A stretch of DNA of 64,000 nucleotides from Nemertoderma westbladi (lineage: Eukaryota > Animalia > Xenacoelomorpha): positions 7,124-71,123 of the forward strand of contig JAUCBJ010006674.1 of assembly GCA_032718475.1 (NCBI GenBank). The letters run 5' to 3'. The position numbers were made by a program, and so were the translations under genes. Below the pieces are notes generated by a model. The model ran no database searches. It saw only the letters and a list, made by a program, of their open reading frames with translations, and was not told where the DNA came from. Position 1 is the first letter of the stretch; each line of letters starts with the position of its first letter. This document shows positions 13,075-26,275 of this stretch, in pieces.

Positions 13075-13562
13075 GGTCATAAACAATGCACCCCACCCCT
13101 CACATGGTCATAAACAATGTACCCCACCCCTCACATGGTCATAAACAATGTACCCCACCCCTCACATGGACATAAACAATGTACCCCACCCCTCACGCTC
13201 ACATGGTCATAAACAATGTACCCCACCCCTCACATGGTCATGAACAATGTACCCCACCCCTCACATGGTCATAAACAATGTACCCCACCCCTCACATGGT
13301 CATAAACAATGTACCCCACCCCTCACATGGACATAAACAATGTACCCCACCCCTCACGCTCACATGGTCATAAACAATGTACCCCACCCCTCACATGGTC
13401 ATGAACATTGTACCCCACCCCACCCCACACATGGTCATAAACAATGTACCCCACCCCTCACATGGTCATAAACAATGTACCCCACCCCTCACATGGTCAT
13501 AAACAATCTACCCCTCACATGGTCTGGTCATAAATAATCTACCCCTCACATGGTCTGGTCAT
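13075..13562. repeat. 31-bp minisatellite
   Basis: About 15 copies of cacatggtcataaacaatgtaccccacccct with variants. Confidence 0.95.
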
Positions 13563-16500
13563 ATGGTGTAGGCAAACCCTTTTAGAAAAGTAATTGGCTG
13601 TTCTGTGTCCTTGGGCAGTCATTGGCTGTCCACCACATCCATTCTCATCAACAGGCTGCCACAGCACAAGGTTGTTGTCTACAGGTTGGTCCTGCCGAAT
13701 CATTCTCACGACTTCCATGAGTTAGGTTACTATCATAGTAAGTAAGGATGAAGGTGCTTAAATGCTGCATCCGACCTCCACGCAGACTTCCATCTTCACT
13801 GGAATCATACATATATAAAATATATAATCGGATCCAGGTAACTTTAAAATACGTCTAAGGGCTTGTTGTGGAGAAACTCCTTCTCTAATTCATTCTAGAA
13901 TAAGTACTACTATCAAGTATTAATATTAAAATTATTTGCACTTTATACGTATTTTTCTTTTGTTTTTGTTATTTTTTTGTCATTTTTTTTATACACATTT
14001 TCGCGTCCCAATTATCCTAAGCAGTATCTGGACAATTGGACCAATTTTAAAAAATTAGCCCAAAGGTATCCAAAAGGTCCCAAATATCCGGGTACCAGGA
14101 TCCCCCATGCAGCATACAGGCATTCCAAGACTGAATAATTCTCCCTTTATGATTATCCCTATATTATATTATTGGATTGTGTTAGTATGAATAAATACAG
14201 CCTTGTAACACTACAAATGAAGTGGAAAATTAAATTAGGACTGGCGCCATAGCAAGTAGCTTGCTGCACAGCGTTGTCCATCAATTACAAGCTTGTACTT
14301 GAAATAGTTATGAGGCTTGGGGTGACATATTCTCATGTACATGCAGTAATTTGGTGATTATAATGAGTCCTCGCTATTCCTGCCCATCACCCAGGCATCC
14401 TGCAATCTACCTACACGTACACATTAACACATTGTTCCATTTCTGTGTTGGAATGTTGCATGCGATTGTGGTATACCACCTCCATATCGCTGTTTTTATT
14501 ATTTATTAATTGTATGGAACTCCAGGCAATGAGGCAGAACACTTATACCACATTATTATGGTAGGTAAATTGCATATTGCCTATGCGAACGTACAAACAG
14601 GACAATGCCTGGATTATAAGATATAAAGAATGGTGTTCATATAACTTGAGAATAGGATAGATAGAAATACTTCTTACTACATTCAATACAGGCCTTATTC
14701 CTTAATGCTCATAATTATTCATTAAAAACATATAATATTTAATACATTTAATCACTTCATGGGCTCCTTCAAAATATGGATATAACGTAACTAAATGACA
14801 TTGTAGCATAGATTAGTAAAATAATGCTAATTTAGTTAAAGATTTGCTAATTAATTAAAAATGAACATCTTTCGTTGTTCTGCTAAGGATTCATCGCTGT
14901 GCTGTGGGGCTTCTCTTCTCGACCAGGGTATAAAGACAACTCGTGGCAGGACTCACATATCTGCTACCAATGTTCTTGAGTTAAAGTTTATTGTTTTTGG
15001 TTAGAAACTCAAGTCATTGTAGCAATTAAAATTCATTTCCCCCTATTAATTTTAATGTGAATAAATTTTAATAATGTTGTGAATATTTTGTCAATTTAAT
15101 GATTAACGGTATTTCAGTCAATAAAAAATACAGTATAGAGTATATACTGTATATAACCTAAAATATGTAAAGAAAATGCAGGTTTTACAAGAGTTGACCG
15201 GACAGGAATAGTGTGTTGAATTGACCAGAAATAATAGAGGAATTTGATTTAGTTTCTGCTTCGTATCAAAGATAATTATATCAAAAATAAGAATACATTA
15301 GGTTATATAAGCTTACAACAACAATAACAAATAATATAAGTCATCGAGTTATCGCTACCTTACAGATAGCATCAGCACACTGATAATGGATTCAGATTAA
15401 TAAGGTAATACTTTGTGTAATTAACTGTGTTATGTATTCAACTGATAACTTTTCCTGCACTCCCTTGAAGCAGTAACTCAGCCACACCCATGGATTATTT
15501 TATAGAGTATTTATTTGTCCTTAAGCTATAAATACATGCCAGAAATAATTAGCATGTGTGACTGTGGGAGTACCATACTATCATGCTCTATCACAAATAC
15601 TTCAAACTATACAACTCAATGGCAAACTACATTACTCAATGCACATCGAACGAACTATATCTTATTGTTCCCCATCGCTTACTATTTCAGTTCCTCAAAG
15701 GAATAATTTACTTCACAAGACTATCTAATTTCCTACTTTATAACCCCGTAGAGGAACAATATTCCGATGCTGGATTCTCCCCATTTTCTCCTGATACTTT
15801 CACAGCTAATTTTCAACGGGATAAGGGTGCAGATACAAAAAGCCTTTTCCCACTAGGTAGGTATGTTGACAGGTTGACATCTAAGAGATATTCGTGATGA
15901 TAATTATGATTAGTTACAATACGTCTTACCCGGGATGAGTTTATTGTTATATGACATTTATGTGAACTTCATGCTCTGGCATAGAACATTGATGTTCTAG
16001 GAAAGAGCTTCTGATCTATAACCATGTCAATCAAGTACTATATTATTTACAAAGACTACGACAATAGATTGTTGTCCTCTCCCAACCCAATGTTCCAGTA
16101 ATAGGCCCACAACACAATTATAAGGTATTATTCTGCGAACTTCATTTCAAATTTACCAGCATCAAAGCGATGAGTCTTAGAATTGGGGATAATCGATTAA
16201 ATCCAACAAACCTGTCAATAGAAGGCGAATCAACTGGCATACAAAAACCATTCAAGGCTTTTTATCAGTAATAATTTGTTATATGCCAAAAGCAATTTTT
16301 TCTAAGTTTCATCAACTTGTTATAAAAAATAGGAATAAGCAAAAAAAATATATAACAATTATGAATGCTATTTTTTTACTTAAGTATAATAACTTGCCTC
16401 TTTGATATATGTATTATAGTTATCGTCTGTGAGGGAATACAATTTTAAAAACTAGAATTTGCAATCCCCGTTAATTAAAGATATACTGTTAGATAAGTGA

Positions 16501-17102
16501 GTGGCATGTGGGCTGATGGGCTCAAGGAGATAAATTCCATGGATTTCGTGTTTATCTGGATAGCCGCTGACCGGAATTAAAGTAAGAAGTTCGTAGCCTA
16601 TGTATTGATCCCATATGCTTATTGCTAACATAGCACAGCAATCTTTTTACTCCGCCCAAGGACACACCACACTGGCTCACCAGCGACAGTCCTCTATACC
16701 TCATTATTTGCCTATGACTATCTCCTGTCTTGAGGGGTATGCACCGTTGACCATTTATTGACCAATGCTGCCGACGTTTCTATTCAACTATTCCACTTAT
16801 CAAAAATTTATCAGAATTTAGGGAATGCGGCACATCTTGAAAACTCACTTAATGTATTTTGCATGTCACAAAATATTTGAACTCTTAGGAGAGAGGTATT
16901 TTGGAATTATAATATACTGTTGTATCACCATGCATATAACAAACACTACTGAAACTAGCCTCATCAAAAGACCAAGTGTGGCTATATTTATTTACGGTAA
17001 ATGAGGCGGCGTATTCTGTTGAGCAGTGAAGCTCTACAGACGATATAAATGTATTAAGATAACAAAATTACAGTGATTTTCATAGTTAATTAATTTAAAA
17101 GT

Positions 17103-17295
17103 GAGATAAGCGCTACCAAATATATTTCGATCCACATAGTGGACATCTTCAGTGAATTAATGACTGTAAATAGAATTAATAGTAAAACTTGAGTTTGGCC
17201 CTTTAGTTAGTTTTACTATTAATTCTATTTACAGTCATTAATTCACTGAAGATGTCCACTATGTGGATCGAAATATATTTGGTAGCACTTATCTC
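17103..17295. repeat. 87-bp-arm inverted repeat (1 mismatch, 19-nt spacer), probable inverted Penelope pLTR fragment
   Basis: 17103-17189 is the reverse complement of 17209-17295; each arm carries a hammerhead core. Confidence 0.9.
17243..17284 (+). ncRNA. Minimal hammerhead ribozyme motif (mirror copy on minus strand at ~17114-17155)
   Basis: tca CTGAAGA tg tccac tat gtgga tc GAAA tata TT tgg: CUGANGA and GAAA boxes, stem II, palindromic TATA in helix III, short stem I. Confidence 0.65.
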
Positions 17296-17617
17296 CGTAT
17301 AAAGATACGATTTATTAAGTATTAGGATGTATTAGGTGATTGTAAAAAATCAACTATATTTTTATTATCCTGTCCAATTTTTCTAATATATATATTATCT
17401 TTGGAACTGGCACAGGTACGACGTCATCTTCTTCAAAATCATCAAAGTCTAGCTTGTCTAAATGTCTAGCAAAATGCTATAATACGTCCGACATCAAGTG
17501 GCACGTGTGCGTTTAACTGCAGATAAGCATCGAGCTCACACATGGCATTCAATTACAATCTTGAACTTGATCTACTAAATAAATCATGGGTGAGTTAGTT
17601 ATTTAGATTCCCCCTAC

Positions 17618-18720
17618 ATAGTTCCAATTTAAGCCTCATGCGAATTTAGTTCCAATGGAAAATAATTTAGTTCAAATTTTGGCGAATTTAGTTCCAATGC
17701 ATGCGAACTTAGTTCCAATGGATGCGAATTTAGTTCCAATGGATGCGAATTTAGTTCCAATGGATGCGAATTTAGTTCCAATGGAAGCAAATTTAGTTCT
17801 AATGTTTCAGGTGTGGGGCGAGCCACGTAGTTGGTGAAGAATCTGTTTAATGACACTATTAGGTAGATGGTTAAATAATAATTGTAAATAACTAACCCAA
17901 AACGCCCAACCTCCTAACCAAAACAATCTTATCCCAAACAATGCCCAACCTCTTAACCCAAACAATTCAATTAAATTCATTTATATTTAATAATTTAAAA
18001 TGATATTCATTGTAAAAAAAACAACGCCCAAGCTCTTAACCAAAACAACGCCCATCCACCTAAACCGAATCAACTGGTAAATATTTTATTTGGTGTGAAA
18101 ATGGCACAATGTGCATGACTTGAGTATCTAATACTACAGACTGAGTCAGTCAGTATCAGTATACTCTTGATTAATATATATTTCAAAATGTGTAATTATA
18201 CATTTAATTCATTAATAATAATTCGTTTTTTAAAAATGACAGAAGGGTTTTACTTTTACAATTATTTGTAATTATTGTTGACCCTGACCCATCCCAAATA
18301 GTGATAATACGCAATAGGCTTCGCCTACTTCGTGGCTATCCCCACGATTGAAACATTGGAACTAAGTTCTTACCCATTGAAACTAAATTCGCTTATATTG
18401 GAACTAAATTCGCATGAATTGGAACTAAATTCGCATCCAATGAAACTAAGTTCGTTTTGATATTCTGGGATTGGAACTTAAGTTCGCATTTGAAAATGTG
18501 CGATTGGAACTTAGTTCGTGCTACCGTTATTTACAGCAATCTGCATGCGTGTTGTAATTCTGGTCTGATCTAGCTACTGCTGCACTACTTTGGTTATGAG
18601 TTGAACAAAATTCATTGTCATAGGAACAAAATTCGCTAAAATAGGAACCAAGTTCGTTGTGAATTGGAACAAAATGCGAATTTATACATTTTAGGAACAA
18701 AGTCAATTATTGTAATTCCA
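17618..18720. mobile_element. Probable non-autonomous DNA element with inverted subterminal 21-bp arrays
   Basis: (gcgaatttagttccaatggat)n at 17630-17800; reverse complement (ttggaactaaattcgc)n at 18350-18520 and degenerate copies to ~18700. Termini and TSD not resolved. Confidence 0.6.
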
Positions 18721-19774
18721 TAACTCTTCCTATAATTAAATAAGCAATAAGCTTACGAAATAAGTCACTGGTATGTAGCTATAGAAATAATATTAAATAA
18801 GCTAAAATTAAAAAAAATAGTTGGTTATAGGAGGTATACCTTTTGGTCTGCTTCTATAAAATAATGTAAAAAACTAAAATTGTGTTTGAATAACATAATT
18901 TGACAATTATAAATCCTACTTCAGATATTTTTATCTAAGCATGCGAAACCTTAAAGGTAAAAAATACAAAAAATACTTATAATTATTATTATATTCATTT
19001 AGTACATTATAAGATAACCATTATTATAAGTACAGCATATGTAAGTTTAGGAATAACATGAACTCCAGCACAAGGATATGATGATAATAATACGTATAAA
19101 ATGAATGTACAAGACAGAAATGAATTATTGAGTGGACACAAAATTCAATTTATCTATGAATTCCTCCTTGGTGAATCCATCTAGTCATTCATCGATTTTA
19201 AGGGGGGAGTACACCCCCGCCCCCCCATGTCAAATTTTCAAATATCTGTTTCTTATTTAATCTATGGCAGAATTTACTGAGGATTTCAAATCTGAAAACC
19301 TCTTATAGTTCTCGAGTTATCGCTGTCTTCCGTATCAGTCAAATTGTAAGACAGTCAGACAACAGACAGACAGACTAGATTCCACCATACATTAAAATAA
19401 CGTAATGAAAGTTTTAGCCCGGTGATGTTATTATATCATGCCAGAAATAATTAACAAACCAGACCACAGACAGGCAGTTTCAGCGGGAAGGTTTAATCTT
19501 TGAAGGCAATATTATCTCGGAATGACATTTTTCATTGTTCAAAATACTACTCCGCTATTTTTTAACTAATTTCCTTTATTTTTGCCTCATTCGAAAGGGT
19601 TTCGGCAGTTCTTTAAAAGTTATCGGTTGGAATTTTTATATTTCTGTTTTTACAGCCAATTTTTCAGATTAAAGCCAAAAATTTGTTAAAATTTTGCTAA
19701 ATAATAATAAATATTAATAATCGTTTTTATGTTTTAACATCCATAGATTGTATAAATTATTAAGTAATTTAAAC

Positions 19775-19911
19775 AGGACTTAGGATGATCCTCCATGGTG
19801 TAGTGCTCATCATACATGAACGTTCATCGGGAGACGCGGGTTCGATCCCCGCTGGTGGCGAATTAATTTTTTCCGCTCCATTTGCTATAGAGTTGGATCA
19901 TCCTAAGTCCT
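19775..19911 (+). ncRNA. tRNA-derived (Asp/Glu-like) Pol III unit enclosed by perfect 17-bp inverted repeats
   Basis: A-box-like tggtgtagtgc, T-arm gcggg-ttcgatc-cccgc, acceptor-like cctcca/tggtgg, T6 run downstream; aggacttaggatgatcc (19775-19791) and ggatcatcctaagtcct (19895-19911). Anticodon arm is not canonical. Confidence 0.65.
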
Positions 19912-20329
19912 AAAAGTTGTAACCTATAACTTTTGTGGAGCTCACCCCCGTAATTCGAAAAAAATTGGTTTCAGACAATTTCACCTAATATTGAATGACT
20001 AGTAGCATTTTAACAGCAAATCTTGTTTCCTTCAATGGGTGCTAGAGGGCGACTGAAAATTTGAACAATATTCGAAAAAACAAATGTTTAGCCATATTTT
20101 AACAGCCCGTACTGTATAAAATCAAAATATTTTAATTTCAGTAGAAATTGTCGACATTTAAAAAAAGTGTTCAGCCAGGTTTTATAGTTGAATGAATGTT
20201 AATAAAACGCCTGCAAATAACAATCTTAGGGTGAAGAAAGTCCACAATGCCCTCTACTATAAACCAGTGACTAAACCAGTGACTAAATCAGTGACTAAAT
20301 CAGTGACCGGCCCCAAACCGGTCTTACAT

Positions 20330-20985
20330 TATTATCCCACGCTTTGTATAGCCTCCTACAGCCCTCGGACCTGATATTCCAAACTGTGCTCCAGTAAAAA
20401 CTTGTTTTATACAATTTCTGAATATGTATTAGATTTTCAGGGGAGGCAAAATTAAATTCGTGCCTAAGATTAGCTAACTTCCCACGTCTTTCCCAAGGGT
20501 ACATTTTTGTAATCTAAAGTTATACCCAGATGCGCAGCTTGCTCGACCCAGGGTAAGAATATATTATTAACACGTATCATAACTAACAGCGGGTTCCATT
20601 TAAAGTACAATGGTATATACATACACTTACTTTTACATTTGTATGGGTTTTGGTCAATACTTAGTCTCAAATTAAATTCCACACAAAAATTTGCACATAT
20701 ATCTACGATATACTGTAGACCCACAACAGATGGGTATAATAATAATATATCGTCCGCATATGCCAAACAACCATAAAATAAATTAATTACTAATATAACA
20801 AACTACTTTAGATGATTTCAGTCTACCAATTAAAACATTTAATACTATACAAAATAGAATGGGTGAAATAACTGATCCCTGACCCACACCATTATTTATT
20901 GAGAAATCATCTGAACATGAAGAACCCTGACATACGAAACGACGTTGTCTACGATATATAAATAAAAGGCATCTTAATTATAAAG
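20330..20985 (-). mobile_element. Degenerate non-LTR retrotransposon RT fragment
   Basis: NGVGQGSVISPILF and GCLAYADDILLLYPSVVGLQ...LPWVEQAAHLG; stops and frameshifts present. Confidence 0.85.
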
Positions 20986-21074
20986 GGCACTATATATAAA
21001 TTACAATATAGACTTTATAGTTATTACTATAAAGACTATTAATATATTAAATCAAATTAAATATATTAAATCTA

Positions 21075-22135
21075 TTACGGGAAACGTCCAGGGAGGTCAT
21101 AGTGCCCGATGCGACCCTGAAAATGATTTGGAGGGGATTGCTATGCACCTTCCCGGCCGGATTGATAACCCAATACAGGGACGAGATGGATTCAGTGGTG
21201 ATGCAGATCCGATTAACAGGCGAATTGCGGTGGGCTAAGCCTGAAAAGGATTCGACTGTTCGAATAACCCCCGACGAGCCGAACTACCGTCGGATCATTC
21301 AACGTCGGTGGTGCATCTGGACATCTCAACTCTACCTGCAAACCCACATCCATGCATTTAAGTATTATTCGAGCGCTGGAAATCGCCTTTCTATGCTTAA
21401 CATGGAAATACGAAGTTTTAACAGGGATCATACAGACTTATCAGCTTTAAAAAGCGGTTTTACGCCCAGATTGGATCCACCGAAATAAGTGATGTACAAA
21501 AACTTATATCCCTATATCTCGGAGATAAACTGTGAAGGTTAATCCGTTGCTTCGAGGGAGGCAACTCCGACAGATTGGTCGAAAGTTTCCCGGATGGTTC
21601 CAGACCAAATGGGCCTACAAATGTGTCGATTTACGCCGGCGTCATCTGGAATACGACCCCACGTATTTGGAGATATCTAGATTCTTCGATGATGTCTCAG
21701 AAGCGATGAATGGCTCTATGTTCTCCAAACAGAGTCTGGTGAAGCTGGATGGGGGGGTGGGGGGTGATGGTGACCCGCTGCCGTTTCCCACACCCAAACC
21801 CAGACTCCATGCACCCCTCAACACTATGGCGACATACGGGTCCGACGACGACGATGATGAGGTCGATACAGCAGAAGAATGGGCCAGTTTCTTTGCTAAT
21901 TGGGCACCCAAACGGGAAGTAACTTATGATCCACTTATATGTATCTTCTACGGAGAGAAACATGCTGTGGAGTTCTGCCAAAGGTTTAAATATGCGAAGT
22001 TGGTACCCTGTTCCGAGGCAATAATGAAACATCAGGATTGCTTCAAATGTCTAAGCGTCGGACACTATGTGAGGGAGTGTGATAAGCAAGCATGCTGCGC
22101 GATATGTAGCGACTGTAGCGACAATTGCTAGCCTG
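21075..22135 (+). mobile_element. Degenerate BEL/Pao gag fragment (family distinct from copies A-D)
   Basis: Frameshifted gag with CIFYGEKHAVEFC, CFKCLSVGHYVREC (CX2CX4HX4C) and CAIC in BEL/Pao triple-knuckle spacing. Confidence 0.75.
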
Positions 22136-22595
22136 CGTTCGTGGGGAAGTCTGGAGGCGGCTGCAGTTCGCTCTCCTCCGCTCAAACTCCCTTTGTCTGC
22201 GTGGTGGCCAGCGACCGTGGAGGGCGCTGGGCTTCGGGGATGGTGCGGGTCTGCGGGGAAATGACCTCGCAGACCGATATTAATCCCTGGTGCACCATTT
22301 TTTAAATTGTATTGTTTATATTTTTAATTGTATTGTTCTGATTGGTGATGAGAAGAATATATTTTGTTCATATCCATAATCTTATTATAGTATTACCATT
22401 CCTTCTTGACTCACTTCTTCAATCATTAAATCTATTATACTAATTATAGTTATTATATATTTATTACTTTACAGGGCATTATATACAAGATTACAATATA
22501 GAGTTTCCTAATTAGTTCTAAAATGTAGTTCTTAGAAAATATTCCAATCCATTTGGTAAGTACTAGGTACCACTAGAACTATATAATATATGTTA

Positions 22596-22658
22596 AAAAG
22601 TAGGTTTACATAAAAGTAGGTTTACATAAAAGTAGGTTTACAAAAGTAGGTTTACATA
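22596..22658. repeat. Short tandem repeat (aaaagtaggtttacat)x4
   Basis: Directly visible. Confidence 0.9.
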
Positions 22659-25600
22659 TTTATTTTAGTATAATTACAGTATATTGTCATAAAACTTAAA
22701 TTTTGTGGTAACAATATCTCTGACAAGCAACATATTTTCGCAATATGGATTATACTGTATGCCCAAACTACAGTACCAGAAATGATAACAACTCAAGTAT
22801 AATTGCTTCCTATACCCAGAGATTACGATATTCTAATTTATCAGAGGAAGTAATTAGTTGGCCTGCTTTATTTGACCTTGTATACCGGCTGCCACTAAGG
22901 CAGCCTCTACCTGAGCGTCCGTTGATTGACGTCCAAGATCCCAGCTTGTCAATTGGGATTTTTTGATCTACCAGAAGCCCTATGCTGGAAACTCATGGGA
23001 ATTCACAATATAATTATTGGCCATAGGTGGGATAATGAGGTCCTAATATTGATTATTAACTTTGATTGTATTTTTACGAGTTTATTGCATATTATTACTA
23101 TAGAGTACAAATGCATTATGTTTATCAGTTGAAAAGTAAGAGAGGACTACGGATGCTTGTTACTTGGATTTACAAAAATACATGTCCAAGTTTGAAAGTC
23201 ATACTGTGAACCAAGCACAATTAAATTAAGTTAATGAATAATGGGTTTTCTTCCTCAACAAAGGAGTTTGGTTGAGAATTGTCTTGGGGTTGCCATAAAA
23301 GTTTCTGATCTTATGATTTTAACACCAAGCAAAATATAATGAAGTCATTTTCTCGTGTATTAGAAAACAGCCATAGATATATATATATAAATTTGCATTC
23401 AACGATGTTGGACATGGACATATTATATTACAGATATTACATATATACATATTAGAGATTAATTATGTCCAAAAGTGCAGTTAAAGGCGTGGGTTGTATT
23501 TTAGCACTCATTTTTTAAGTTATTTTTATGTATTTCATGTGCTGTAGGCAAATTGCCAATTGGGGTTCGTTTCAGCCTTGGCATAGGGTTAATGTTAAAT
23601 TAATATTGAAAGATTTGTGCCTAAAAGTAAACATTTTACTGTAAACTGTGTTCCTAAATTTAGTTTATTGTTTCGGTTAGAAAAGCTTGCCATCATAACC
23701 TGGTACTTTCCTTTAGAAAGTACCTTAAATGGTGAATATCGAAATTAAATATTCGCGAATTTAAGTTAATATGTTAAAATAGGCTTAAACGACACCACAA
23801 TTGGTAATATGCATACGGTAGTACTTCATACCTTTGGATTCAAGGCTTCCACTAACTGCATGTATACTTACATGATATAAAGTGATACAACCCATTTTAT
23901 CCATCTATATTATTATTTGTTCTTTACTCTATTTATTACTAATTATCACTCCAGGGCGGATATCATTGTTATTTACAAGTACTCCAGATTCAAGTACTTG
24001 TATGTGATCGTTGTGATTGGTTCAAATTCCACATGATCAAGCTTTCAAGCAATACTGATCTAGTTTAACACCATGTGCTACTATCTTATGGCAGCAATGT
24101 CATTACGTACATTTTGGTTGTACAATGTGTGTGACTCAAGATTCTGACATATGTCGTTATGCTGCAGATGTGTATGAAAATGATCAATAATTATTGATTG
24201 GTCGACCTACCAGTGTCGTCTGAACTGGGTCTGGTCTAGGTGTCATTGTAATGGCTGTGGAACCCCAGCGAATAATGGGAATGTGTGTTTTTCATGTGTA
24301 GCAGAATTGTATATTTTTCTACTACAACAAATGTCAAAATAATAAAATAATAGTTAAATAATATTAATTATAATACTAGTGAATATATTTAAATATAAAT
24401 ATCCGAGAGCAAAAATAAAGAACTAGTATGTTGTATTCTCAAAGAAATAATTTTCTCTAAAATAAATTCAAAATTCGCAGTAACCAACGCAAAAATCACA
24501 TTTTTAATAATTTAGAAGGTTTCAACTCAGCATTGATACCATAACCGTTACTTTGTGGATATGAATTCAAATATATTTCATGGTATGTATGCAGAACTGG
24601 CTACTGCTGCTGCATGAATTGTCTACCTGGTAACACCACCAACAATAGGTTACGTCTCCTCTCCATGTTTGGTGAATAGGGATGCACCCAGAACAACATT
24701 AGGTAATAAAAAACGTACCTCGTTAAAATTAGGAAGACGTCCCTGTGGCGTTATACTTGAAGTTAATCCCGAGGGACTAATAACTTGAAGTGGAGGCCTG
24801 ATTCCATAGCTAGTACGTACGCAGCGGCTTATCTTAGAATGTATGGGAACATTGATGTAGAGCGTGACCGGGAGATAACCAACAAAACCTTCTTAGGAAA
24901 TATTCCCCACAACGATTAGGGAAGAATAGTTCGGAGCGATTAAACAATAAATCCTCGCCGGCAGTGATGCCCGTCCGGTTATTGTTGGTGCTGACATTCA
25001 TTGACAACAGGACACGTCTGAAGTTCCATTAAATAATAACTGCATACATTGTGATCCCAAGAAATTTGTACATGGTAAATTGTTAAATAATTTTGTAATT
25101 GGCCTTTAGCAACGTTTTATGTCTTCAGTTGTCGAGAATAAAAGTATTGAAAATTACAATTTAACTATAAACAAAATTAACCAGGCTGTCCATAATATTA
25201 TATCTCTCTTAATATAGAACTTTTCTGGTAATTTGCGCTCGGTCCAGTCTTTCCATATACGTTTAATGTGTAGGCTACTGTAAATGGGTTGACGTAGTTA
25301 ATGTTCCCCGGATATTGATCTCAGTAATGCTCACCCATGGCATCCTTAAAATTCCCCTGTCTGACAGAATTCCTTTGCCTGTTTATTCTCGCATGGCAGG
25401 GGTCCGTCCCACAGGCTCTCCTATATAATTCTCTATGCGTCGGGTGCACGCATAGTGCACCTGATCTCGTAGAGGGCGTTCTTAACCGTACATATGCTAG
25501 ACATTTGTTACATGTGTATCAAATAGTTCCGGTAGTAGACGGCCACAGCTCGGGTTGTAGGTTGGATCCCTGGATCGAATCAAAAGTTGGCGGAATTTAG

Positions 25601-26229
25601 TGCCGGTTGTACACATAGCAAACGTTATAGGTAGACGCCCAACACCAACACCACCACCCCCCCCCCCCCCCCCCCCCCCCATCCCCAAAGCCAAGTGTGA
25701 CATTCCATGACCTCCGACCACCCCGCAAACAGAGGGAGTTGGCACACAATGGTGCAACAGCCAAACTTCTGTCCATCATAAACCACATTCGTTGACAGTT
25801 AATCCATAATTAAATAACATCGAAATTAGTGTTTACATTATACGATCTACGTATTTTCTCAACAGATTTGTTTGCGTATGTGTACAGTAGAACAGTATTG
25901 TATGCTATTGGACTAAACTCACTTGATGATTCCTGTAGGTTGGGAACGTCGGCTGCCAGCATAGCTCCATAGGCAACAAGGACAACGAACATATACCCAT
26001 GTTGAACCATAACCAAAGCTTGTACCTATACCAAAGTTTTAGTACAATCCCTTATCAAAATAGTGATAATCATTCAATAGTGATAATGTAATTATAATAT
26101 AATACATATGAGTAATCGATTTGAAGGTGATAGGCTTATCTTAGGAAGCATTGTTACTATATTTAGATACTTGAATATAATTTTTAAAAATACTGGCTGT
26201 GGATAAGAACATTTAGTTGTATTTTATAT

Positions 26230-26275
26230 TTTTCCATGGGGTCGATAAATGAGTACCAGTTCAATTACTGGGAGC
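26230..26275 (+). mobile_element. SINE central-domain fragment (Nin-like)
   Basis: ggggtcgataaatgagtaccag resembles the conserved Nin-SINE core as I recall it; short match. Confidence 0.45.

Noticed and set aside
13075-13562. CRISPR-like appearance of 31-bp repeats
   Set aside because: Head-to-tail repeats without unique spacers, no cas genes, eukaryotic context.
17629-17856. Heptad-repeat ORFs on both strands
   Set aside because: By-product of a 21-bp minisatellite.
25657-25680. Poly-Gly ORFs from long C/G runs (also 35594, 37862, 54901)
   Set aside because: Homopolymer tracts; length unreliable and no coding evidence.
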